A stretch of DNA of 41,762 nucleotides from Trichodelitschia bisporula (taxonomy: Eukaryota). Location of the stretch: positions 62,001 to 103,762 of the forward strand of contig ML996691.1 in assembly GCA_010356995.1 (NCBI GenBank). The letters run 5' to 3'. How positions within the stretch are numbered: the first letter of the stretch is position 1; each line of letters begins with the position of its first letter. A program made the translations under genes and the position numbers. Of this stretch, positions 1 through 11,166 are shown piece after piece. Below the pieces are notes generated by a model. The model had not been told where the DNA came from. It was given only the letters and a program-made list of their open reading frames with translations, and ran no database searches.

Positions 1-728
1 TCTGCCCACAAGGCGCCGTCCCCCCCACGGAAAAACGGAAAATCGCCATGGTGCACAAACTCGGCAAAGAGGCCCTGAAGCGCGCTATCAAAGGCCACCC
101 GGCCAAATACCGCGTAAACAAGCGCGTCCGCGAGGAAGGGTGGCGGGCGCGGCAGCTCTACGCGCCCAGTGCCTTTCCTGCCGGCTGCAAGTTCATCGAT
201 TACCTGCCGCGACGGCCGACGCCTCTGTACCGCAGCGAGAATGCGCAGGGGGAGGTGAGCGTGGCGCAGGACTCGTGGCTTGCCGACCACGTGTGGGGGT
301 ATTGTGCGGGGAGGTCGATTGTTCGCGATAGGATTCCCGGGGAGAGGGATCAGGTTAGGCAAGGTACGTCGGGCTGCTCGTTTTGCCCCTTTTCTACTTC
401 ACTCGTCTCGCTTCGCCTCGCTTCGCTCCATTCGCTTTGCCCAATGCCAACGCCCGCAGGCCCGCCCAACGAGTACGCCGAGTCGCTCCCCATCCCCACC
501 TGCCTGGAAGCCTTCCCCGCCAACGGCCGCATGCCCTGGGAGGCGGTTCACCCGTTCAAAATATATGCGCATGGGGACCGGTATCACCACAGTTCGGAGC
601 CGCGGTGGGTGCATGGGCACGTGCGGCTCAACAGGGCGAGGTGGGAGGGGCCGCAGTTCGATAGCGAGCGCTGGGTGTTCGCGGATTGGCTCATGGAGCG
701 GGTGGAGCGGCTTTGGCTTGCGGGGTAG
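1..728 (+). CDS. Hypothetical protein, 5'-truncated by the window edge; probable in-frame intron 364-459
   Basis: Frame is open from position 3 to TAG at 726-728. GTACGT donor at 364 and CAG acceptor at 457-459 enclose a pyrimidine-rich 96-nt segment. No family recognised. Confidence 0.55.
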   Translation, partial: CPQGAVPPTEKRKIAMVHKLGKEALKRAIKGHPAKYRVNKRVREEGWRARQLYAPSAFPAGCKFIDYLPRRPTPLYRSENAQGEVSVAQDSWLADHVWGYCAGRSIVRDRIPGERDQVRQGTSGCSFCPFSTSLVSLRLASLHSLCPMPTPAGPPNEYAESLPIPTCLEAFPANGRMPWEAVHPFKIYAHGDRYHHSSEPRWVHGHVRLNRARWEGPQFDSERWVFADWLMERVERLWLAG

Positions 729-1161
729 GCGGGGTATGGGGCGGGGGGGAGCTGGCAGTTGGGGCCTGTGGTGGATGAGCCGCTGCCGGAGGAGGAGGGG
801 AGGGCGCAGGATGAGGCGGAACGGATGGCGGCGGTGGAGACGGAGACTTGGTGGGATGAGTTAGAGGAGGAGGGGTGGTATAAGGGGGTGGGGTGATGAT
901 TAAAGGGTTTTGTAATGTGTATTGTTGTAACTGTGGATGTTGCTACTTGAATGAGTCCCGGAGTGGTCGCCAGTCTCACGCGGGAGTACGTTAGATGCCA
1001 GGCTGGAGTTTCGGGGAGGCTCTATGCGAGGCTCAGGAAAATACCATCACATCGGACACTAGTCATGTCGAGTCTCACCACATAAGCACAAAGCGCAAGC
1101 CGTTCACGGTCCCCTCACGAACAGTGCCTATTTAACATTATCGCACATTCTACCCCCATCT

Positions 1162-1995
1162 TCAGACAGGATCATCACTAAACGCTTCCTCCCCCTCCCC
1201 CTCCCCTTCCCCAACCCCACTCTCGGCCGCCCCCTCCTCCCTCAGCCTGATCTTCTCCATCCGTGCAGCCCACATCCCACTCCCCGCCGCCGACGTCAAG
1301 AGGAACAACATACTCAACCCCGGTACAAGCTGCAACACCAACGCCACAGTCCCAAACCACGTATACCCCCATCTGTACTTCTTCACCCACGCCCTCCTCT
1401 CCCGCCTTCCGAATCCCCGGAGCGCGAAATACCGGTGGTGTAAAAGCGGGCCCGCGCGATACCCGGTGAGGAGCAGGAACGCGGGGACACCGACGTAGGG
1501 CAGCAAGTTGAGCGGCAGGAGGAGGATAAACTCCGCGATCTGGCGGAAGCTGAACGGCGCGTACACGCACTTCATCATCGGTTGGCCGAGCCTCTCGACA
1601 TAATCCCCGTCCTCCGACGGCGCGACTGGGCGGCTAAGCGCAACCAGCTCATCCAGCCCGTGCGCCACGAGCACAGCGTCGAAGATATCAACCTGCGTTT
1701 CGTCCACGAGGAAGGCTTCGAAGAGGAGTGCGGCGATCGCAGCGCCCTCGGCGAGCACAAGGAAGGTCCCGTTTATCCACGCCGAGGCGCCGCGGCGGAT
1801 TAGGGCTAGGAAGGCGACTTGGGGGAGGTAGGTGAATGTGAAGAGGAGGAGGAGGATGAAGAGGGTTAGGAGGGTTGCGGGGAGGAGGCGCGCGCGGAGG
1901 AGGGGGTAGAGGGGGGGGTGGGAGGCGAAGTAGACTATTCCTATGAGGGGGTAGAGGCCGGGGGCGTGGACGAGGCGGGAGACGATGGTTGGCAT
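1162..1995 (-). CDS. EI24-domain membrane protein (Lds1/Lds2/Rrt8-like outer spore wall/lipid droplet family)
   Basis: ATG at 1995 (MPTIVSRLV). Multi-TM protein with YPLIGIVYF..HP.L, VDIFDAVL, LPLNLLPYVG, HHRYFALRG and FGTVALVLQLVPGLSMLFLLTSAAGSGMWA motifs typical of the fungal EI24/Rrt8 family. Confidence 0.8.
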   Translation of the reverse strand: MPTIVSRLVHAPGLYPLIGIVYFASHPPLYPLLRARLLPATLLTLFILLLLFTFTYLPQVAFLALIRRGASAWINGTFLVLAEGAAIAALLFEAFLVDETQVDIFDAVLVAHGLDELVALSRPVAPSEDGDYVERLGQPMMKCVYAPFSFRQIAEFILLLPLNLLPYVGVPAFLLLTGYRAGPLLHHRYFALRGFGRRERRAWVKKYRWGYTWFGTVALVLQLVPGLSMLFLLTSAAGSGMWAARMEKIRLREEGAAESGVGEGEGEGEEAFSDDPV

Positions 1996-2289
1996 CGTGG
2001 GCGGGGATGGTGGGGTTGGTGGGGTTGGTGGTGGTGATGTTGGTGATGTTTGTGACGTTTGGTGGTGATACCTAGCGCGATGTTGCACGCAGCCACCCCC
2101 CATGCACGATGACCCCACCCACATAAGCACGCGGGGGCGGCATTATGCAAGCGCGGGGGTGCGCACCGCACCCATGCCCTGTGCATGCGAGCAAATCTCA
2201 ACTCCCTCCCAACGACACCACCAGGCACCAGCCAGCCAACTTCCCCTCCCCTTCTCTCTCTCGCTGTGCTACACGGCCTCGCCTCCGCC

Positions 2290-4039
2290 ATGGCTCCCCA
2301 AAACCCAAACTACGTCGCCATCGTCGACATGGGCAGGTACACCCCCCGCACCGCCTCGCAACCCCGCTAACCTTCCCCGCCGTAGTAATGGCATCCGCTA
2401 CAGCATCACCGACCTCGCGCCCGCCACCGCGCGCATCATGCCGAGTATCTACCAAGACCGCGCGGGAATAAGCCTGTACGACGCGCAATGGGCGGGCGGC
2501 GTGAAGGTCCCCATCCCCGACACCACGATAAGCGCCGTCATCGCCGTCCTCCAACGCTTCCAGCGCACGTGCGCCGCGTTCGGCGTCCCAGCCTCCAACG
2601 TACGCGTCCTAGCTACGGAAGCGACGCGGCAGGCGGCGAATAGCGAGGCTTTCCGGGAACGGATCAAAGAGGCGACGGGCTGGACGGTGGAGATGTTGCC
2701 TAAGGAGGAGGAGGGCGTGGTGGGCGCGCTGGGCGTCGCGTCGAGTTTTTTTACGGCTCGCGGGTTGATGATGGATCTTGGGGGGGGGAGTACGCAGCTT
2801 ACGTGGATTAGTGCCAGGCATGGGGAGATGGAAATGAGTGCGCGCGGTGCGGTGAGCTTGCCGTATGGTGCTGCGGCGCTGACGCGGAGGCTCGAGGAGG
2901 CGCATAGTCAGGGCCGGGCTGCTGTAAGCACGCTGCGCGAGGAAATTACGGGCGCGTTGAAGGAGGCCGTGGCTGCGATCGCCATTCCGCCGACTATCGA
3001 GGCGGACATCAAGTCCGAGCAAGGGCTCACGCTTTACTTATCTGGAGGCGGTTTCCGCGGCTGGGGCTTCATCTTGATGTCCGCCCGCTCCCCGCCGTAT
3101 CCAATTCACATCATCAACGGCTTCCGCGCCCCCGTCGCCGACTTCCACTCCACGGACGTAGTCTCCAGCATCGCAGCCACGGACGATAAACTCTTCCGCG
3201 TGAGCGAGCGGCGCGCTGGTCAGGTCCCGGCCGTTGCGTTGTTGGTCGAGTGTCTTGAGAAGGCCCTCCCGGCGATCAAGACTGTTGCGTTTGCGCAGGG
3301 TGGTGTGAGGGAGGGTGTTTTGTTCCGCGGGTTGAGCACGGCGACGCGCGCTACGCATCCGCTTGTTACGGTCACGCGTGCGCATGCCCCGCCCAGTGTC
3401 GATGTGCTTGCGAAACTGCTCCGCGCTGCTGCGCCGCCGGGCGAGAGTATGAGCGAGTACGCGCTGACTGCGCTGGCGAATGCGATGTATATCTACGGGT
3501 CGCTGAACAAGGACGTACAGGCTGCGGCGTGTCTGCGGAGCACAACGACCGGTCTACTGGCTGGCGTGCATGGCGCCGATCATGGCGAGCGGGCGGCTGT
3601 TGCCGTGATGCTGTGCGAGCGGAGGGGGGGCGCGGGGGCGCTGAGTCCCGACGATGAGCGGTTTATGCGTGGGCTTATGGGGCTACTGGGGAGCGAGGAG
3701 GGATGGTGGTGTGTGTATTTTGGGCGGGTGGCGGGGGTGCTGGGGGAGTGTTATCCGGCGGGTGTTGTTGAGGGAGACGGAGTCAAGGTTGATGCGACGT
3801 GGGAGGATCGGGGGGAGAGCAAGAAGGGAAAGGATAAAGGGATGGCATTGAGGGTTACGTTTGATTTTACGGGGGAGGGAGTGGAGGGGGGACTGAGTGA
3901 GGGGGTGCAGAAGGCGCTTACGCGCTTGGAGAAGCTGGGGAAGAAGAAACGCTGGCCGGAGGGGACGAGGGGGCATAGGATTGAGGTGAGGGTTCGGGGG
4001 GCGGCGAGGGTGGATGGGTTGGCTGGGGAGGAGGATTAG
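2290..4039 (+). CDS. RTG2: Retrograde regulation protein 2 (Ppx/GppA, ASKHA family); exons 2290-2336 and 2386-4039
   Basis: Splicing the GTACAC..GCTAAC..TAG intron (2337-2385) gives VAIVDMGSNGIRYSITDL. Also ATEATRQA.N, MDLGGGSTQLTW, SLPYGAAAL, LYLSGGGFRGWG, RVSERRAGQVPAVA and QGGVREG. Confidence 0.93.
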
Positions 4040-4919
4040 ATGGAGCTGAGGGGGGAGTAGATGGGGGGGAGGTAGGCTTTGGCATGCTTTACAGCGGGGG
4101 GGGGGGGGGCGGTTGCGATCTTGATGCTATGTAATGAGGCTTCATAGGGGGGAAAGGGGTGGTTAAGCTTCTGTTTTCGGCGGATATCGTGAGTTTTGTG
4201 TACGGTGGAATTGTAGGTTTTGCGCGGCTGTCTCGGAATCTTGTCTTGCGTGCCCCATTTCGCATTGTATGTCGCTCTCCGTGTCCCAAGGTCTTTACCT
4301 CCGCGTATCAATTCCAGTCGAGATCCTTCGAAGCTGAACATGTAATCCCAGACGGCACGCATATAGACGTGGTAGACTGGTGATTCAGTCGAGCAGAGAT
4401 GCTCGCCATGGGTCATGAATCCACACTTTATGCTAAGCGCTCATGCTGCATTTGACGTCCTCAATGACGTTCAGTATTTCCTGGATGCCCTCTTTGATAA
4501 CTATCCGCTAAACACCAGTTCTAGGGTATCTCGCGAGGCCCCCACGAGTCCGCTCCGCCTTGCTGAAGCTGGTGCTTTCGCATTGCCACAGCTCGAAGTC
4601 TTGAGCATTGCTAAAGCGCACATAGTCAGCCGCGCAGCAAGTGCCGTATGAAGACATATGTAAATGACTGCTGCGAATGGTCCCGATCAGTCGTTTGTGC
4701 CCATCTTGCGATCGTCGAGGGTTGGGGAGCGCTTAGTCAGCCATTCACCAACCCTGGTCATTGACCCCCGACGTCGACGTCGCCGAACATACGACCGCTT
4801 CAACTCCATCTTCCCCCACTCTCCTTCATCACCTTCACCTTCACCTTCACCTTCACTACTATCTCCATCCTCTCTTCTCCCCGTCTCCACCACTTATCAC
4901 CCCTCTCACCCTCGACGCG

Positions 4920-6838
4920 ATGAGCAATCCCTCCCAGCCCCCCGGGGCAAACCAGGCCAACGCCCTCCCAGGCCTCCTCCGACCAGCCCAAATCGCCGCT
5001 CTCCCGAACTTCGACGCGGCAAACAGAGCCAAACTCGAAAGCGCCGTCCAGCAAATGTGGTCCATCATCGAAAGCAAGCCCGCCGACTCCCCCGAGTACC
5101 GCGCCGCGCTCGGCCGCCTCCAGACCCTCACCCAGCAGGTCAAGAATCAGTTTAACACCTGGAAGCTGCAGCGCCAGCAGCAACCCGCCCAGGGCCAGAC
5201 GCCGCAGCAGGCGCAGAATCAAGGACAGGCGGCGCAGAATCAGGCCCAGGGTCAGGCGCAGCAGCAGCCTCGCCCGACGAGCCAGGGACAACAGCCGGCT
5301 CAGATGCCCCTCCAGCAGCCGGCGGCGCAGCCCGCGCAGACGCAGCGCCAGCAGGCGCCGCCGGGCATCTTACAACATATACAGAGCATCCAGTACGTGT
5401 TCCCGGCGGACCGGCCGGCGGGCACGCCGGAGGGGAACAAGTGGCTGGAGGCCACGAAGAATGCACACATCCAGTTCCTCATGAAGATGGAAAACGCAAA
5501 GCGCGAAATGCAGCGCATCAATGCGCTGATTGAGCAGCGCAAAGCGCAGGGCCAGGACTTTTCCGACCTGGTTCAGCAGCGCCAGGCCCACGAGCACAGC
5601 CATAACTCGTCGAAGGCGTCGCTGGATAAGTTCCGGCACGCACAGGCGCAGATGCTGAAGCAGCGGCAGCAAACGCAGGCACAGGCCGTGCAGCAGGCGC
5701 AATCGCAGCAGGCGCAATCGCAGCAGGCGCAAGCGCAGTCCCAAGCGCAACAACAGCCCTCGCAACCCGCACATGCCAAGCCGCAAACACAAACTTCTCA
5801 GTCGACGCCGGCTGCGCAACAAGCTGGAACGCCGACTCAGGGCCAAGGAGAAGGCATGGGCTTTGGGCAGAAATTCCCGGCACAGGGCGGTCAGTTCCCG
5901 CAAGGCGGCAGCGCAGGTGCCAACCCCGCGCTCGACGCGGCGAGAAACGCGTCCAACATCCGCACGTCTATGAGCCCGACAACAACACAAGCTCCAACAC
6001 AAGCTTACTCCCCAACCATGTCGCAAGCTCAAAGTACCACCACCACCACCACCGCCGGCATGCGTCCCTCCCTCAACACACAGCAGCCCGTCAACCGCGG
6101 CTCCCCAATGGGCGCTCCCAACACCGCTCCAATCCCCCTCACGCACCACGACGCCGTCGCCAAAGCCGGCCGCGCGTACTCCAACCCGCAGCCGTCGAAT
6201 CCCGTCTCAGGCCTGGGGTACAACATGAGCTCGCGCGACAACACGCCCAACCCGCGCATGCCGATCCCCAAGACCCTCCCGCCGAACGCAGTGCAGCCTC
6301 CGACGCCCATATCGATGGGTGGCCCCCCGCGCCCGACGATGGGCGGGCCGAACAACGGTATCGGCGGCGTGCTGAACCAGCCCGCTGTGACTAAGACGCC
6401 GATGTTCAATCTCGAGGCTGATGGTGGGTCAGTGCTGAGCAAGAAGAAGCTCGATGAGCTGGTGCGGCAGGTTACGGGTGGCGGGGATGGGGCGGGGGGT
6501 GAGGCGCTTACGCCGGAGGTTGAGGAGGTTCGTATCTCCTTTTTAGGCCTTCATCATGGTGATCTAACCCTGCGCGTCAGGTGATGCTTATGGTAGCGGA
6601 CGAATTCGTCGACAATGTCGTCGCTGCTGCGTGTCGCCTCGCGAAGCTGCGCGAATCGCCGTTTCTTGAAATTCGCGACATTCAGGTCGTTCTGGAGCGG
6701 AATTACAACATCCGCATTCCGGGATATGCGATGGAGGAGGTGCGGAGCACGCGCAAGTTTCATCCCGCGGCTGGGTGGACGCACAAGATGAATGCGGTGC
6801 AGGCGGCGAAGGTCATGGGTGGGAAGACGGATATCTGA
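4920..6838 (+). CDS. TAF12: TFIID/SAGA subunit TAF12; exons 4920-6527 and 6581-6838
   Basis: Q-rich N-terminus, then histone-fold [64 protein letters not shown] across intron 6528-6580 (GTTCGT..CTAAC..CAG). Confidence 0.95.
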
Positions 6839-6893
6839 GCGGTTACCACGGGCGAGGGCGGTGTTCAGGATTACGGTTACATGGCGCGGGAAT

Positions 6894-6963
<70 letters not shown>
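6894..6963 (+). repeat. Poly-G homopolymer (70 nt) downstream of the TAF12 stop
   Basis: Directly visible. Confidence 0.95.
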
Positions 6964-7323
6964 CGTTTCGGCGCGGGCCATTTATTTGTGAGCACGAGGC
7001 GAGAGGAGGGTTGTACGTAGCGGCTGGGCGCAGTGAGTAGTGTGGTTCCCCTTGGGGCGGATACTACTCGGCCATTTAGTCACCTACGCAACGATTCTTC
7101 AGCTTTGGCTCTATGTGGTCACCCGTGTCTGTACGTCGTACCGGTGTCACTGGGATGTTTGCTTCACCCCTTGAGGTCATGAACCACGAACCGAGCACGC
7201 GACACTCGTCCTTCCCAACGAGCAGCTATGATACATAGCCACAAGGGAGAATGCGACAGGCACTGAATGTTCATTCATCCTTTTCCTCACGAAAGTTTGC
7301 TCCTCACGTCAGGTATCCCCACC

Positions 7324-9395
7324 ATGTCCAGTCGCGATATGCGCGCGCCAACGCCAACGCATACCCGCGCAGAAGCCCCACACCCACCCACAGACACCGA
7401 AGACCCTCCCAACGGTACGCAGCCGGCATCTCCTCTCCTCTCCCCATCCACCCTCCNNNNNNNNNNNNNNNNNNNNNNNNNNNNNNNNNNNNNNNNNNNN
7501 NNNNNNNNNNNNNNNNNNNNNNNNNNNNNNNNNNNNNNNNNNNCCCTCCTCCACAGCCCCCCCCACCTCACATCCCCACACCTACCGCGCCTCATGCCAC
7601 ACCCCCGCCTCCCTGACGCATTACTTGGCCACCGCCCGCCCAAAGCCCCTAGTCCGAATCGTGCACGTGCAGAGCAGCGAAGGGTGGGCCGTGCCCTGCA
7701 TCTGCGCGCACTACGCCGCGTACCGCCTAAGCTTTGCCGTCATGGGCCCCGAGACGAGGGCGGGTCGGCCCGTGTTGGGGGCGTATTGTGCGGATTTGGG
7801 CAAGTCTGGCATGGGGGCTGGGGCTGGGGGGTTTGGCTTCTGGATCGATTACTTGCAGTGTTATCGGAGGGGGCAGGTGCGGGGACGCGAGGGGTACAAG
7901 CTTATGGAGTTAAACTGGTGGGATCGTGAACAGGGTGGGGAGGTGCGGTTTGGGTTTGAGGTGTTTGTGCAGCGGGTTAACGTGTGGGTATTATGGGGGG
8001 AGGGGGATGAGAAGGGTGGGGGTTTCGACTACGGTACACCTCCCTGTTCTCTCTTACCTTTGCACATATTATGAGCTTGGGTCATGGTGAAAGCGGGAAA
8101 TCTGCAGCGGCCTGCAGATCAGGATTGGTTTCGTTGTGTTGATGCGTTCGGGCTTTGAGATGAGGCGCCTGTACGCAGATGCGTGTTCGTCGATATACAA
8201 ACCCGTTGACGAACAGGCATCTGCATACAGGCAGCTCATCTCAAAGCCCGAGAGCATGAATACAACGGAACCAACCCGGATCAGCAGACCGCGCCGATCT
8301 CCCGCTCTCCCGCTCTCCCGCTCTCCCCATGGGTTTGTGGTATAATGCTCACTCCCTCTCTCCACAGGCACATCAACGATCATCATCCTTGACACCGCCC
8401 ACACACACGACCCTCAAGATACCCTCATCTACCCCAGCTCCGGAATCGAAAGTTCCTGGCGCGACCTCCCCCCCTCCTCCCCGTCCTCTCTGCGCCTCGC
8501 CGCCCTCAACGACGTACTATCCTCCGTCTTCACCGCCCTGTCCCGATCCTGGAAATTTTTGCTCGAGCGCTGCGAGGAGCACGTCTCCATCCTCGAAGAC
8601 AACATATACGCGAGACCAGCTGATGATTCCCGCGACACAGAGCTCTGGACCAATGTCGCGTTGTGGCTCAAGCTATCCAAGCTGCTTGTGCGGCAAATCG
8701 ATGCGCTCTCCACCCTCCAGGGCTCCCTCACCATCATCGCCCCGGAGTTTGTGTGGCTCCCTACCGCCCCAGCCTCGCTCTCAAGCCTCGCCGCCCAGAT
8801 CGATAAGGCATTAACCCAGCCCACCGCCGGCCTAACAGAAGTCATGTACAAATCGGTCTCGATCCGCGACGCCCGCGCGGCGCTCGAGCTAAACACGTCA
8901 GTCTGGCGGCTCAGCTGGATCACATTCATCTTCTTGCCGCTGAGCTGCGTGGGCGGGATTTTTGGGATGAATGTCAGAGAGTTTGGGAGTGGGGAGCAGT
9001 TTCCTAGATTGATGTGGTATTTCATTACTGCGTTTCCGTTGATGGGCATTGTGGTTGCGGTTTATTGGGTGATCAAGGGAGGGGATCCAAGAAAGGAGTC
9101 GAGAAAGGATTTGGAGGAGTGCGGATGGAGGGGAAGAGTGAGGAAGTGGTGGGGTAGGCGGAGTGTGGTGAGGGATAAGGTGCGTGTAGCGGAGGAGGGT
9201 GGGCGAGGTGTGAGTGGAGGGGAGGGAAAGCTGTATGTGGAGCGGCGGGGCGGGGAGGAGGGGGTGGAGGGGTACAGTGGGAGTGACGGGGATGGGGGGC
9301 AGGTGGGTGGTGGGGCGGAGAGTACGCGGAGGAAGCCGAGTATGGGGCAAGCAGGGGGCGGGGCGGAGAGAGGGGTGGAGATAGGGGTGGAGTAA
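7324..9395 (+). CDS. CorA-like Mg2+ transporter-domain protein; 5' part crosses the N gap; long intron 8034-8367; last exon 8368-9395
   Basis: Joining ..GGFDY-G|GTACAC..GCTCAC..CCACAG|GC-TSTIIILD.. links the 7625 ORF frame to the 8559 ORF frame. C-terminus has HVSILEDNIY.RPADDSR..ELW and SVWRLSWITFIFLPLSCVGGIFGMNV (GMN signature plus 2 TM helices). Start codon uncertain because of the gap. Confidence 0.8.
7457..7543. other. Assembly gap (87 N)
   Basis: Run of N flanked by C-rich sequence. Confidence 1.
8112..8287. repeat. Long imperfect inverted repeat (82-nt arms 8112-8193 and 8206-8287, 12-nt loop) inside the CorA-like gene intron
   Basis: Manual alignment of the left arm to the reverse complement of the right arm: 69/82 identical, no indels. 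Weaker pairing extends outward to about 8084/8331. Confidence 0.95.
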
Positions 9396-10472
9396 GAGTG
9401 GAGCGGAGAGAGCGGGGCCAGCGGGAGGAACAGTTGGGGGTGGGCAATATGGGGAGAGCGGAGAAGGCGGGGCCAGGGCTGTGGCATGACTGGATGACTA
9501 GACTTCGGCTTCCAGAGCTTGTAGCATAGGAGTGGCTGAGCACGACGAGAAGGGAGGAGACATGAACGAGACGGATACCAGGTGATATGGTTAGCTTCAC
9601 TGTAAGTACCGCTGCCTGGCGCACTCTTTTTTACGAGGTCGACATATCTTGAATACTCTCCCAGACGCTTCCGACGCTGGTGAAGATCCCACTGATCGAT
9701 GAAGGACGCGGCATGCCGATGCCATTTCGAGAACGGCTAAAGAGGATTCCCGCGTTCGATCACGCAAAGCGGACGGTAGTCGGGGAATCACGGCACATAT
9801 GAAAACATCGAGCGCATAGTTGAAGATGCGAAGAAAGATGAGGAAGAAGAAAAGATGAGCGGCGAGGTGTCTCTTGTTTAAATACCCCCCGGTGCCACGC
9901 TCCCTCCTTCCGAGCTCACTCGAACCTCCCTTCCCGGCTTGCCATACATCGCTTCCTCCAGCAGATTCCTTCCTGGAACAAAAATACACCTTTCGTTGCT
10001 CACTTCGGAGGGGTGGTGATCCAGGCAGGTACGCTTCCAGCCGCTCCCGCCTCGTTAGAATGTGCTGGGTTACAGTTCAACCCAGCTGTAGAACGACCTG
10101 AGGCTCAAGTTGACAAGGAACATCCGCGACTGACAGAAAGACAGAAGCCCAAACCTCTGTACAGCTTCATATGCTCCCTCGCTAGAGGAAAGAGCTATCA
10201 GCGCGCCATGTAGGCTGACAGCTGGGTAGCCATGCGCGGTCTGAGCTTGGTTTATGATCACCCCGGCGTGGGGATAATCAAATCACTATCTCCCTTTTAG
10301 GCCAATTGTGTTCCTCTTGGGTTAGGGTTCTGGATCCCTCCTGCAGTGCTCATACCTCCTGCACCCGGTAAGCAGAGACATGTGCAGAGATCTGCACATG
10401 GGCATATAGATTCGACATGGATCCCAAGATGGGAGCGACCGGTTGGCCCTCCAGTCCCTCGGAGAGCGCGTT

Positions 10473-10500
10473 GATCATCATCATCATCATCATCATCATT
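10473..10500. repeat. (ATC)n microsatellite
   Basis: gatcatcatcatcatcatcatcatcatt. Confidence 0.9.
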
Positions 10501-11166
10501 CAACGGAGAAACCAACCATCCTGAAACCCACCACATATTTCTCGACCGCCGCAGTGCGCCGGCTACATCCAACAGCGACATCCGAACAAGCATGCGCCGC
10601 GCCGACCAAGCTCCCTAAGCACCGCTCCAACCCATCCCGCAGGACACCTTTCCGCTAAACTCCCCCACACCGCAAAACTATGTGCTAATGGGAGCAATCA
10701 CGTCAGAGCTTCCCCCTCCCGCCAGCAGGGAGCTCCCGCCCCGCCTCCATCAAGCCGTCCCCAAGTAGCGAAGCTTCAGCCTCGCGGAGCCCGTGCCAAG
10801 AATCACGCGATTCCATGCCTGGCGCGCGCCATGCTGCGCACAGGCACAACATGCAGGCCGCCAGATCGGGCAAGTAGCTACCCAAACGCCTTCCTGTGAT
10901 TCGTTGCAAAACTGCACGGACTCCGGGTCGCCATGTGGGCTTTATCCCCACCTCGTTTGCGCGCTGGCGGAGCAAGCCGAGCGGGGAAGGCGCGAAAGCT
11001 CGCCATCCGCGCCGGACCAGTTGCGGGGCGGGGCACGCGGCGGGGCGGACGGCGGGGAAGCCACTTGAGTGCGCAATATCGCGTGCGTTGCGGCGGGGTG
11101 GTATATAAGGTGCGGATGGGGACAGCGAATATGTACCTGGTATATTCGGGTTCGTTGTCGCCAATC

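Noticed and set aside
2102..2289. Longer N-terminus of the 645-aa ORF for RTG2 (and the 322-aa version of the EI24 gene)
   Set aside because: The conserved DMGSNG motif needs the spliced start at 2290; the extensions run through the shared GC-rich divergent promoter.
4800..6442. Several long antisense ORFs over TAF12, and similar shadow ORFs over RTG2, HET and VPS74
   Set aside because: Expected from high GC and codon bias on the opposite strand; no independent motifs.
6775..7040. Poly-Gly ORFs
   Set aside because: Translation of the poly-G tract.
10443..10658. ORF with HHHHHHHH (His-tag-like)
   Set aside because: Product of the (ATC)n microsatellite; no ATG start or other coding evidence.
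9400..11100. Assorted short ORFs between the CorA-like and bicupin genes
   Set aside because: No recognisable domains or consistent splice model.
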